Below are positions 11,735-24,574 of a stretch of 64,000 bases of DNA, in pieces. The stretch's first letter is position 1, and each line of letters begins with the position of its first letter. Position numbers and translations under genes: made by a program. Source of the stretch: Torpedo marmorata (Eukaryota). The DNA lies in assembly GCA_977017645.1 (NCBI GenBank), contig OZ360255.1, positions 34,658,001-34,722,000 on the forward strand. Reading direction: 5' to 3'. Under the pieces are notes generated by a model, which was not told the origin of the DNA, did no database searches, and saw only the letters and a program-made list of their open reading frames with translations.

Positions 11735-12180
11735 ATAGATTCTCTCCAGCTTGGATTGGAAAGTAAGTCCTACGAGGCAAGTTTAGCAGAGCTAGAACTT
11801 TTCTCTTTGGGGTAAAGACGATGAGAGTTGACTTAATAGATGCCTATGAGATTCTGAGAGGCATAGATAACGTAGACAGCCACCTCATTTTTCCCAAGCA
11901 GGAATAGCAAACACCAGACGAAATCTGTACAACGTGAAGGGAGACATCAGGGGAACTGCTATTTTGACACAGAGTTGTGGGTGCCTGGAACGCCTTTCCT
12001 GGGGTGGTTTTGGAGGCTGAAACATTCGGGATATTTAAGAAACTCTTAACCAGGCACATGGAAGAAAGAGAAATGGAGGGTTACCGGATACGAAGGGTTG
12101 AGTATTTTTGGTAGGAATATATGGGTCGGCACAACATCGAAGACTGAGGGCACTGTACACTGCTGCACTGTTCTATTCTA
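11735..12180 (+). mobile_element. CR1 LINE 3' fragment
   Basis: Same family as 9950-10515, in the opposite orientation. Confidence 0.8.
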
Positions 12181-13059
12181 TAGGATTTCACGAAGCCCTA
12201 TGTTTATCGATTCTCTCGCACTTGATCATCTAAAAGGAAGTATTAACATAAACAGTTGCCCTTGTGGACTGAGGGAACAAATATCATATTCAGCAAAGCA
12301 TCTAATATTGTGGTACTATCCACAGGATGAAGATTTCAATATATCCCAACCATCGTCTCCTAAATTGCGAGGAAGAGGAAGTCGAGAGTGAATGGGAAAA
12401 TAACATTAGACATATTACCCCCTCAGAAGTGTCTTATGATTAAAAGTGAACTGAATCGCGATTGGTAGCAGCGGTGCAAAGCTGCAGCCGAAGAATTTAA
12501 GGGTGCTTATAATCATAGGACTTGCATTGCCACAGAAACATGTAGCCGAGACACTGACCTTTTTAGCTTGGACGGAAACTAACCCTGCAGTAGCCATCCA
12601 GTGAACACATTGCTGACATCTGCACTCTTGCCTCCACATTTGGAACGGCGGCCGATCGGTCCCAAATTTCATTGGAGACTCGACCAGTGAATTATGTGGG
12701 AATCCTGCAACATACTAAACAGTTGCGATCGATCGCGTGGTTCAAAGGCAGACAGGTGTGTTGGTACAATAAGGGGCCTTCTGCTTGTGAGGGGTCTACG
12801 TATTTCAAACTCCCCCAAAGGCTCTTTGACATATAATTCTTACCGGATGGATGCTGGACCTTATTTGTCACTGGACTCATCTAAAAGGTGCACGGCGATC
12901 GGGATGTGTTTTCCACGTCTTCGTGAACCAGCACGGCTGGATAGGCGGACACTGAGTCCTATTGGGCACCCACGAAACAACATAACATCAGGAAAAACAG
13001 AAGCGTGGAGCAGGAGAAGCTCAGTCGGGTTGAATTCCAGTGGGTCGTTCTAATCTGAA

Positions 13060-14075
13060 AGTGGAAATTTCTATGCAGCTGCATTATTTCCATGTAATAG
13101 CAATACATTTCTTAGAAACAGCTAAAGCAATTCGCAAAAATTCTATTTTATACATATTTAATTTCATCTTAATACTAATTCTTTTAATATCTCCAAACAA
13201 AAATATCATAGGATCCATTGGGAGTGTAATTCTTAATACTTTGTCTAAAACGTTTTAACTTTCAACCAAGAATCATATATCTTTGGACAAAGCCACGTAG
13301 AGTGTACAAAAGAACCTTCCTCTCTATTACATCTAAAACATAAACCAGATAATGTCGGATTAAATTTCTTTAATTTTTTAGGTGTTAAATATAATTGATG
13401 AAAAAAAATATATTGCACTAATCTATATCTAACGTTAATAATCTTCGTTATACTTTGTTTACATAATTCTTTGCAATGTTCTTCGTCTATTGTTACATTC
13501 AGATCTGATTTCCATTTTAATCTTGATTTATGAATTGCTAGTTTAGCCATTTTACTCTGTAACAATCTACACATTTGAGAAATAAATTTATTTACACCTC
13601 CATTAGTAACTAATAATTCCAGTTCATTTTGTCTTGGAATCATATTTTTAACGTTAGATGTTGAAATATTAAATTAAAACTAAAATTAACTAATATCTGG
13701 CGTTCCTTTATGCACTAATATCAGAGTTTATGATTCCTCATGCTTTGAAGTTATATTATCTCTACAGGTCAGTACAATTCTGGGGTGGGGGTAGGTGGTA
13801 GGGTAGTTTAGATTGTTTTAGCTTTTATAAAAAACATGTATTACGATGAAATTACGATGTTATCTTTTTTTTGGCTTGTTTCGTTTTATATCTATTGGTA
13901 TTATAATACTATATTGTGAAGAAAAAATTGATATATATCTGTAATGTATACCCTGTTATGGATGGATTAATGGAACATGTGATAATGCTTATCTTTGCTT
14001 TTTCTCTGTAAACGTATATAGTGAATGAACTGTAATATCCATGATTTTATGGAATTAATAAAGAGTTTTAAAAAG
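13060..14075. mobile_element. L1-clade fragment: minus-strand ORF2 C-terminus joined to a plus-strand 3' UTR/tail
   Basis: ORF 13245..13643 carries CFRC...HSTWLC. A G-rich tract, aataaa and an A-run follow on the plus strand. Confidence 0.7.
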
Positions 14076-14164
14076 ACACTTTGTGTCACACTAGTGCCTT
14101 AAGATATTTTTGATTCGTGATGTTCCTTTTACTAAACATTTGCATATGTAATAATATTAGTTAT

Positions 14165-16806
14165 ATTCATGTTGCTTTACCAGGTTAATGTACATGATCT
14201 TTTATGTAGCAAAGGTAGAAATACATAACCGACGTTTCGGTCTTGAGCCCTTCATCATAGTATGATAAAATGCCGGTAGGCGTCCGAACAAAAGAGTGAG
14301 GGGGGAAGGAGGGAGGCAAAGGCAGGAGATGATAGGTGGAGAAAGGAGGGAGGGGACAGCAGCAAAGAGGGGGAGGAGGGATGGCAGGGTATATGGAGAA
14401 AAACAGGAAGGTCAGGTGAGGAGGGAGGGGAAGGGAACGACAAGCAGATTTAGTGGAAAGCAGAAAAGTCAATGTTAATGCCATCTGTCTGGAGAGTGCC
14501 GAGACGGAAAATGAGATGTTGCTCCTCCACTTTACGTGTAGTCTGGGTGGGATAGTACATACGGCCATGGACAGACATGTGAGTGTGGGAGTGTGACCCA
14601 GAATTGAAATGTTTGGCTACTGGGAGGTCGCTGTTGTTGCGGATGGAGAGGAGGTGCTCAGCAAAGCTGTTTCCCAATCTACGACCGGTCTCTCCAATGC
14701 AGAGAAAGCCACAAAGGGAGCACCGGATGCAGTAAATAAGTTCTCTGGATGTACAAGTGAAGTGTAGTTTCACTTGGAAGGCCTGTTTGGGGCCCTGGAC
14801 CGTGGTGAGGGGGGAGGTGTGGGCGCAGGTATTGCACCTCCTGCGGCACAGGGGAAGGTGCCGGGGGTGCGATGGGTGGGGAGGAATGAGTGCACGAGTA
14901 AATCGCGGAGGGAGCGCTCCCTACGGAAGGCCGAGAGGGGAGGAGAAGGAAAAATATGTCTGGTGGTGGGATCCTGTAGTAAGTGCCGGAAATTCCGGCG
15001 GATAATGTGTTGGATGCGGAGGCTGGTGGGGTGGTAGATGAGGATGAGGGGGATTCTATGTTTGTTGAGTCTGGCGGCAGAGGGGGCCAGGGCAGATGAG
15101 CGGGAAATGGAGGGGATGCGGGTGTGGGCTGAGTTGATGTTGGTGGAGGGGAAGCCACGTTTGTGGAAAAGTACAGACATTTCAGAAGATCTGGAGTGGA
15201 ACACGTCATCTTGGGAACAGATGCGGCGGAGGCGGAGAAATTGAGAGAAGGGGATGGAGTCCTTGCAGGGGACAGGGTGTGAGGATGTGTTGTCCAAATA
15301 GATGTGGAAGTTGGAGGGTTTTAGTAAATGTCGGTGGAAAGCTTGTCTCCCGAGATAGAGACAGAGAGATCCAGGAAGGGGAGAGTGTTATCGGAGAAAG
15401 ACCAGGTGAGTTTGAGATTGTGGTGGAAGTTGGATGCGAAGTGGATGAAGTTGACAAGCTCATCGCTGGTGCATGAGGCAGCCCCAATGTAGTCGTCGAT
15501 ATAACGGAGGAGGAGATGAGGGGTCTTGCCTGTGTAGGCTTGCAGCATGCATTGCTCCACAAAGCCCACAAACAGACAGGCGTAGCTGGGACCCATGTGG
15601 ATACCCATGGCTACTCCTTTGATTTGGAGGAAGTGGGATGAGTTGAAGGAGATGTTATTGAGAGTGAGGACAAGTTCTGCCAGGCGGAGGAGGGTGGTGT
15701 TAGATGGTGACTGGTCGGGTCTTTGGTCCAGGAAGAAGCGAAGTGCTTCTGTGTGGGGGATAAAGTTTTAAGGGATTGGATATCCATGATGAAGATAATG
15801 CAGTCCGGTTTAGATAATCTTAAGTCATTGAGGAGATCAGGGCATGTGAGGTGTCGCGGATGTAGGTGGGGAGGGATTGGACCAGGAGAGAAAAGATGGT
15901 TTCAAGGTAAGGTGAAACTAGTTCGGTGGGGCAGGAGCAGGCAGAAACAATGGGTCTGCCCGAATGGGTGGGTTTGTGTATCTTGGGTAGAAGGTAGAAA
16001 CGGGCAGTGCGGGGGTGGGGAAGAATGAGGTTGGTGGCCGTGGAGGGGAGGTGACCGTAGGTGATGATGTCGGAGATGGTGTTGGAGACAGTGGCTTGAT
16101 GTGCTGTGGTGGGGTCCTGTGGGAGGTGTCGGTAGGAGGAGGTGTCTGAGAGTTGTCGACTGGCCTCGGCAAGGTAGAGGTCAGTGCGCCAGACCACAAC
16201 CGCACCACCCTTGTCTGCGGGTTTGATGGTGAGGTTGGGATTGTAGCGGAGAGAGTGGAGGGCAGAGCGTTCTGAGGAGGTGAGGTTGGAATACGAGAGG
16301 GGGTGGTGAAGTTGAGATGGTTGATGTCTCGGCAGCAGTTGGAAATAAAAAAGTCCAGAGTGGGCAGCTGGCCATGGCGAGGTGTGCAGGAAGAGGAAGA
16401 AGGCTTGAAGCGGGAGAAAGGGTCTTGGGTGGGGGGTGGAGAGTCACGGTCATGGAGGTGAGCATGGAGGCGGAGGTGACAGAAGAAGAGTTCGGCATCT
16501 TGGCGTGCACGGAACTCGTTGTGGTGTTGGCGGAGGGGGACGAAGGTGAGGCCTCTTCTGAGGACGGAGCGTTCCGTCTCAGAGAGGAGAATTTCGGAGG
16601 GGATAGTAAAAACTAAGCAGGGGTTAGAGTGGAGATCGGTGTTGTGGAGGGTGTTGGTGGGAGGGGGAGTGTTGAGGAGGTCAGAGGGGGGAGTTGGAGG
16701 GTGGGGGAGGTTGGAGGGAGGGGGAGGGGGGATCGGAGGGGAGAGGTGTGCGGTAGGGGAGGTAGGAAGGTGGGAGAGAGGGGTAGGGAGGGTGGCCAGA
16801 GAGAGC
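14165..16806 (-). mobile_element. Penelope-like element (RT + GIY-YIG), frameshifted, with pLTR remnant
   Basis: RYIDD RT motif (15321..15608). GIY-YIG FTCTSRELIYCIRCSLCGFLCIGETGRRLGNSFAEH (14450..14773). Degenerate hammerhead-like motif at 14227-14264. Confidence 0.9.
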
Positions 16807-18340
16807 GAGATTCACCTTCGGAGTCGTCTGCGCGACCATAGTGGTTGGATCCGCCAAATAGGAGCCCATAATGTTCCCCTGTCCAAGGTAGTCAGCACCC
16901 GACAATACCGGGTGCCTGGGGGCAGTAAGCAAATCACGGAATCAATTGACGCATTATTGCGGGAGGGAGTCATCCGACCTGCCGTCTCCCAATTCAACAG
17001 CCCGGTCTGGCCCGTGCGCAAGAAGAATGGCTCGTGGCGCATTGACCATCCATTACAGGCAGCTAAACAAAGTCGCCCCCCTCACCGGCGCATTTCCTGA
17101 TGTGGTCACTCTGGTGGAGGACATAGGGGAACGTGGGAAGAACCATTGGTCCATCGTTGTCGATTTGGCTAACGCTATCTTCTCCATTCCCCTCAGTCCC
17201 GATTTGCAGGATCAAGTCGCGTTTACGTGTGAGGACATACAATATACAATTTGCCCTCTTCCCCAGGGCGTAGCCCCACGTTCTGTCACTATTTAATTGC
17301 TCGGGACATAATAAAATACATTAGTGTTCCCCCAAATATCTCAGTGCCACATTATATGGACGATGTCCTGCTCCAGCGCCCATCGGAGGAAGCAGTGGCA
17401 CAGACTCTTGACATATGCATTATTGCCCTGCGTGCGCGCGGATGGGCCATTAACATATAAAAAGTGCAGGGTCCTAGTCTAACCTGCTGCCAATCGTTGG
17501 CCACTGCAATCAAATCCATCGTTCAGTTCCTTTTTCGTTCCACCTCAGCAAAGAGGATTTGTTTCAATTGTGGACAATATGGCGACAGGAGATGTCCCTG
17601 CCCATATCTGCAAGTATCCTCGGTACTCCCTCGTCCTCCCAATGTTAGCCGACCTCACATCGTTCTATCACGTTTGCTGCCACCAACCCGGTTACTCAAC
17701 GATTGAAGCGTAAGTTTGCGGTCCTCACATATCTGCCTCATGAAGTAACCATGACAGTTGAAGGAATTTCAGTCCCTTTTATGATTGATACCTCGGCCAC
17801 TGCATCAACCCGAGATCTGAAAATTGCTGAAAGACATTGGTTTCCCTTGATTGAGGATACTGTGACATTGTCGGTGTTCGAAACAGGAAAACGTATTTAC
17901 TCCCGCACGCAGCCACTCATGGTAACATATCAGTATCGGATATATACCCTCCATTTTGCAGTCACTTCAAATTGGGAATGTAATTTAGAAGAACGTGATC
18001 TACTTTCCTTTACAAGTAGAGATTCAAGGCACACATGATGGTATGTCTTTAACTGCATTACCATTGAGACAATATCATGTATTAGCATACCTCAGTGGTG
18101 GGCGTTGGTTTTTCACAGTCAGATTTTAATCCGCCATTGGAAGTATCAAATCGTCATGTTGCTCGTTCTTATGACCGCACAGGCTGTGCATCTGAATTAA
18201 CTAACGACTTTACCCCGGATCATCACACGTCCAACTCAATAGAAATTAGAGGTAAAATTAAATGGAAAGAGGAAAAGACTATTTCGTATCTAATCCACCT
18301 TTCCTTTGGCGAATGACAGGGCTTTTAGTTCCTCAAATAC
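16807..18340 (+). mobile_element. Inverted third copy of the class III RT / class I gag-protease chimera (continues at 22290-22420)
   Basis: ORFs 16946..17296, 17464..17706, 17703..18038 and 18095..18316 match the minus-strand ORFs at 252-1756 and 52825-54434. Confidence 0.92.
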
Positions 18341-21300
18341 TTTCTTTTTTTTAAATAATTTTATTTAAGTTTTAAAATCACAAGATACATAAATCAAAAA
18401 TACTATATCACTCCAAATACATGTGATATATTTCCCCCCCTCCCACTCTTCCCTCCCCAACCCCCCCAGCACTATTCTAAAAAAAAAAAAATTAGTTATA
18501 AAGAAAAAAAAAGAAAAGAATTGAATAATAAAGAAGTAAAGAATTAAAATGAGGAGAAAACAAATTACAAGCTAATTCTATTTATATATTGGAGGTTAGT
18601 TTTGCCAGCGGCACCGACTTCTAGAGAATTAATTTATACCCATAATTCTCATATATGGGCTCCAAATTTTCAAAAAGAAACAGTATTTATTACGTAAATT
18701 ATATGTAATTTTTTCCAATGGTATACAAGAACGTAATTCTGCATGTAATCTATCTAAATTCAAATCTAAATCTGATTTCCAAGTAATAGCAATACATTTT
18801 TTTGAAACCGCTAAAACAATTCGCAAAAATTCTATTTGATACATATTCAATCTATTTCTAATACTAAATTTTTTAATATCTCCAAATAAAAATAACATAG
18901 GGTCCATTGGAACCGTAATATTAAAAATTCTATCCAAACAATCTTTAACTTTAGACCAAAAGTCTTGAATTTTTAAACATGACCATGTACAGTGTACAAA
19001 AGAACCTATTTCATCTTTACATCTAAAACACATATCTGATAATGCCGGATTAAATTTCTTTAATTTTTTAGGTGTTAAATATAATTGATGAAAAAAATTA
19101 TATTGTACTAATCTATACCTAACATTAATAATTTTAGTCATACTCAATTTACATAAATCTTTCCAATGTTTTTCATCTATATTAATATTTAAGTCTGATT
19201 CCCAACTTAATCTTGATTTATGTAATCCTACCTTAGGCATTTTTCTCTGAAGTAATTTATACATTTGTGATATAAATTTGTTAACATTTCCATTAGTGAT
19301 TAATAATTCTAATCCATCCTGTCTTGGAGCTATTAATTGATTCCCCAATTTCTCAACTAAAAATCCTCTGACCTCATAATAAGCGAAAATTGTATTATCC
19401 AATATTCCAAATTTTTCTTTCAACCTGGAAAATGTAACAAATCTTCCAGCCTCAAAACAATCTTTAATCTTCTTAATTCCTTTTTGAAACCATAATTTTA
19501 AAAATTGATTATCAATAGAAAAAGGTAATAATAAATTCTGATACAGTGGCATATTTGGAGATAATAACCCTTTTCGTCCTATCTCATTGTCTAACTGAGT
19601 CCAAATTTCCAACAAATGTTTAATAATCGGTGAATTTTTCTTTTTAACTAATAATAATTTAGAATTCCATTTATAAATAATATCTTCTTTATATCTCTCC
19701 CCTATATTATTCAATTCTATATTAATCCAAGCAGTAGATTTAGTTAAATCAAAAAATTCATTAATAAATTTTAATTGAGCTGCCTTATAATAATATAAAA
19801 AATTGGGGAGTTGTAATCCACCCATCTCGTAATCCCAAGTTAATTTATCCATACTTACTCTTGCTAATTATCCTTTCCATAAAAATTTCCTAATAATAAT
19901 TTTTAAATCTTTAAAAGATTTTTGAGGAATTCCAAAAGGAATAGATTGAAAAAGGTATTGAACTCTTGGAAAAATATTCATTTTAATACAATTCACTCTT
20001 CCCATTAAAGTTATAGGTTAATCTTTCCAATTCTCCAAATCATTCTTTATTTTCTGAAATGAAGGTATATAATTTAATTTATATAAATTTTCCAATTTTG
20101 TATCTACTTTAACTCCCAAATATTTAATTCCTTCTTTAGCCCATTTAAATCCTGTGACTTCTTTGCATTTAGTATAATCTCCTTGAGATAAAGCCATTAT
20201 TTCACTCTTATCTGAATTTATTTTATAACCAGATATCTCACCATACTCCCTCAATATCTTAGCTAATTGTTGAAGCGATGCAATAGATTTCGTCATATAT
20301 ATATTAATACATCATCTGCAAATAAACTAATTTTATGCTCTTCTGTACCTACTTTAATCCCATTTATATTAATGTCTTTCCTAATCATTTCAGCCAACGG
20401 TTCTATTGTCAATACAAATAAAGCAGGTGATAAAGGGAATCCTTGTCTTATTGACCTCATCAAGGGGTATTTAGATGATATCTGACCATTTGTAATTACT
20501 CTAGCTGTAGGCTCTTTATATATAGTTTTAATCCAATTTATAAAAGTATTTCCAAATCCATATTTCTCCAAAACCTTAAATAAAAAATTCCATTCTAATC
20601 TATCAAATGCTTTTTCTGCGTCTAATGTTATCACCAACGGCAAATCTTTTTTCCTTTTTTGCAAGTTAATTAAACTTATTAATCTTGCTATATTATCCTT
20701 CGAATATCTATTTTTAATAAATCCTGCTTGATCTGAATGTATTAAAATCGGTAAATACTTAGCTAGTCTATTTGTCAAAATTTTTGCCATTAATTTATAA
20801 TCTACATTCAACAATGATATAGGTCTGTATGACTCAGTTTTTAATACATCTCTATCTTTCTTTGGTATAACTGTGATAATAGCATTCAAAAAAGTTTTCG
20901 GTAATAAATGAGTTTCCTTAATTTGAGTCAATACTTCCATATATATAGGTATTAATAAATCTTTAAACTCCTTATAAAACTCTATCGGAAATCCATCATC
21001 ACCAGGAGATTTACCACTTTTCAATGTCGATAAAGCTTCAACTACTTCTCTCATTGTAATAGGTAAATCTAACATATCTCTTTTAAAATTATTTAATTTA
21101 GGTAATGTAATTTTGGATAAAAAACTATTAATTTTTGTATCATCATGATCAATCTGCGAGGTATATAAATTCTGATAATATTCTCTGAAAGATTCATTTA
21201 TTTCCTGATTTTTATAAGTTATTTCACCAGTACTTTTTTTATAGCATTTATAGTTTTAGAAACTTGTTCTTTTTTTAATTGCCATGCTAGAACTTTATGT

Positions 21301-22289
21301 GCTCTTTCTCCTAATTCATAATATCTTTGTTTCGTTCTACCAATTAATTTTTCTATTTTTCGAGTTTGTAATACATTATAATGCAATTTTTTCCTAATTA
21401 AACGTTGTCTCCTAAAAATTGTTTTATTTCTTTGAAAATCTTTCTCCATGAATTCAATCTCCCTTTCTAATTTTCCTTCTTCTTTCAAATAATCTTTTCT
21501 AATTTTTGCCGAAAAACTTATAATCAAACCTCTTAAATAAGCTTTTAAAGATTCCCAAATTATAAATTTATCATTAACCGAATTATTATTAATTCTTAAA
21601 AATTCCTGAATTTCTTTTCTTATATATTCACAAAAGTCTTTTCTATTTAATAAAGAAGAATCTAATCTCCAATTATATACAGTTTTTTCTTTCTCTGGAA
21701 TTATACACGTCATCAATAAAGGTGAATGATCTGAGATTATTCTTGCTTTATAAGATATTTGAGTTACTCTATCCTGAATTTGTGAAGATATCAAAAACAA
21801 ATCAATCCAAGAAAATGAGTTATGTCTAAAAGAATAAAATGAATAATCTTTTTCTCTAGGGTTTAATTTCCTCCAGATATCTACCAAATTCAAATCTTCC
21901 ATTAAATTAATAATTCTTTTGACTATTTTAGGTCTAGCAAGTGTTCTAGTAGTTTTATCCATGTTCGCATTTAAACAACAATTAAAATCTCCACCAATTA
22001 AAATATTTTCCTTAGCCTCAGATAAATGTAAAAATGCATCTTGAATAAACTGTTCGTCATCCGGATTTGTAACAAATAAATTTTAAAAAGTCCATATTTC
22101 TGAATAAATTTGACAATGTATTAAAACATATCTACCAGCTACATCAATCACTACTGATTGTATTTAAATGGTAACTTTTTATTAACTAAAATCGCTACAC
22201 CTCTCGCTTTAGAATTAAAAGATGAAGATACTACATGTCCCACCCATTCTCTTTTTAACTTCTGATGTTCCTTATCAATCAAATGAGTT
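18341..22289 (-). mobile_element. 5'-truncated L1-clade LINE (partial endonuclease, RT, CCHC), few frameshifts
   Basis: SDHSP endonuclease motif, FADD, CFRC..HCTWSC, poly(A). 13-bp TSD gttcctcaaatac at 18328-18340 and 22290-22302. The empty site is visible at ~263-275. Confidence 0.95.
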
Positions 22290-22420
22290 GTTCCTCAAAT
22301 ACAATTAATGTGAATAAGTGTTATCGACCTACCAATCTCGGATAACGAGCAGACGGTACACCAAAAAGGCAAACGCCCAACTTACTGGATGGCAAACTTC
22401 TGGAGTCACGCTGAATTAAA

Positions 22421-24043
22421 GAATCAGAATAAGAATTTATTGTCATGAACAAGTCATGAAATTCGGTGTTTTGCGGCAGCATCACAGTGAAAACATTCAT
22501 ATTAGTACCATCTTACGACATTACTATAAGAAAATATAAATAATATTAAGTTATGGCAGTGTCTTTGGTTCATTGATTATTCAGGAATCTGATGGCAACG
22601 GGGAAGAAGCTGTCCTTGTGCCGTTGAGTGCTCGTCTTTAGGCTCCTGTACCTTTTTCCCGATGGAAGCAGAGTGAAGGGGGTATGGCCTGGGTGGTGGG
22701 TGTCTTTGAGGATAGAAGCTGCTTTTTCAAGACACTGCTTCGTGTAGATGTCCTCGATGGAGTAAAGATTTGTGCCTGTGATGTCACAAGCCGGGTTAAC
22801 AACCCTCTGGAGTTTACTCTTGTCCTGAGAGTTGGCACCTCCATACCAGGCAGTGATACAACCTGCCAGAATGCTCTGCACGGTACACCTGTAGAATTAC
22901 ACGTGAGTCTTCGGTGACATACCGAATCTCCTCAGACAACTCAAAAAGTATAGCCGCTGGAGAGCCTTCTTTGTGATTGCATCAACGTGGAGGCTCCAGG
23001 ACAGATCCTCGGAGATGTTGACACCCAGGAATTTGAAGTTCTTGACCCTCTCCACTACTGAGCCTTCGATATGGACTGGGTCGTGTTCCCATGACTTCCC
23101 ACATAAGTCCACAATCATCTCCTTGGTTTTGCTGACCTTCAGGGCAAGGTTGCTGTCCTTACACCATTCAACGAGCTGATCTATCTCCCTCCTGTACGCT
23201 TCTTCATTGCCGTTTGTGATTCTGCCGACAACTGTGGTGTCATCGGCAAACTTGTAGATGGCATTGGAATTGTGCCTGGCCACAGAGTCATGGGTGTATA
23301 ACGAGTAGAGCAGTGGACTAAGCACGCATCCTTGGGGTGCGCCTGTGTTGATAATCAGTGAGGACGAGACGTTGTTTCCAATTCGTTCTGATTGTAGTCA
23401 AGGATCCAGTTGCAGAGTGGGGTACAGGGCCTAGAGTTTGTAGCTTCTTGACCAGCACTGACGGAAAAATGGTATTGAAGGCCGAGTTGTAGTCGATGAA
23501 GTGCAGCCGTATGTATGAATTGTTGTTTTCGAGGTGATCCAGAGCTGAGTGGAGAGCCAGCAATATTGCATCTGCTGTCGAGTGATTGTGACAGTAGGCG
23601 AATTGCAGTTGGTCCAGGTCTTTGCTTAGGTACGAGTTAATTCTGGCAATGACCAGCCTCTCAAAGCATTTCATCACAGTAGAAGTTAATGCTACTGGGC
23701 GGTAGTCGTTGAGGCAGCTCACACTACACTTCTTGGGTACCGGTATGATTTTTGCCCGTTTAAAGCAGGTGGGAACCTCTGACTGCCGCAATGAGAGGTT
23801 GAGAATGTCCGTGAACACTCCGGCAAGTTGGGTGGCGCAGATTTTCATTACCCTGCCAGGTACACCATCAGGGCGTGACGCCTTGCGAGGGTTAACCCTC
23901 TTGAATGATGTTCTGAAGTCGCCCTCAGAGACAGATATCACAGGGTCCTCAGCCTTGTCAGGGATTCTAGTAGGCACAGTTTGGTTCTTATTCTCAAAAC
24001 GGGCATAGAAGGTGTTCAGCTCATCGGGTAGTGAAGCATCACA
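22421..24043 (-). mobile_element. Rex1/Babar-type LINE, 3' portion
   Basis: [23 protein letters not shown], tail gaatcagaataagaattt. Same 3' junction as 52695. Confidence 0.88.
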
Positions 24044-24574
24044 GTGATTCTCGAAGTTTTAATTAAATGGGATGGAAGCAGAACTTACTGATTGGATTCA
24101 GAATTGGTTCACGGAAATTAAGCAAGGTCTTTGACAAGGTCTCACTTGCCAAGTGATTCTCGAAGTTTGAATTACATGGGATGGAAGCAGAACTTACTGA
24201 TTGGTTTCAGAATTGGTTCAGAGAAATTAAGCAAGGTGTACGACTGGAACGATACGTTTCTGATTGGAGTCCTGTGACAATTTGATGCCGCAGGTCCTCT
24301 GTTGTTTGTCACCAATGTTAAGGATTTGGTGGGCAATGTAGTTAACGTGATGAGTTCATTTCCGGACGACATCAGAATTAGTGTTGTGGACGCTGAGGAA
24401 GGATAACTAATTTAAGAGCAGGATCAAGGACCTTAATTCTGAGGAATATGAAGAGTTGCACTTTGAGAAGTCAAAACACAGCCGGACTTACACGGTTAAG
24501 GGTAGGCTACTGGGTGTTTTGTGGAACAGAGTTACCTAAGGATAGATGTGCAAAGTTCCTTGAAAGTGGCAACT

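Noticed and set aside
12400-13050. Short ORFs and the palindrome gcgatcgatcgc in non-repeat-looking sequence
   Set aside because: No recognisable motif or splice structure, and a 12-bp palindrome alone is not informative.
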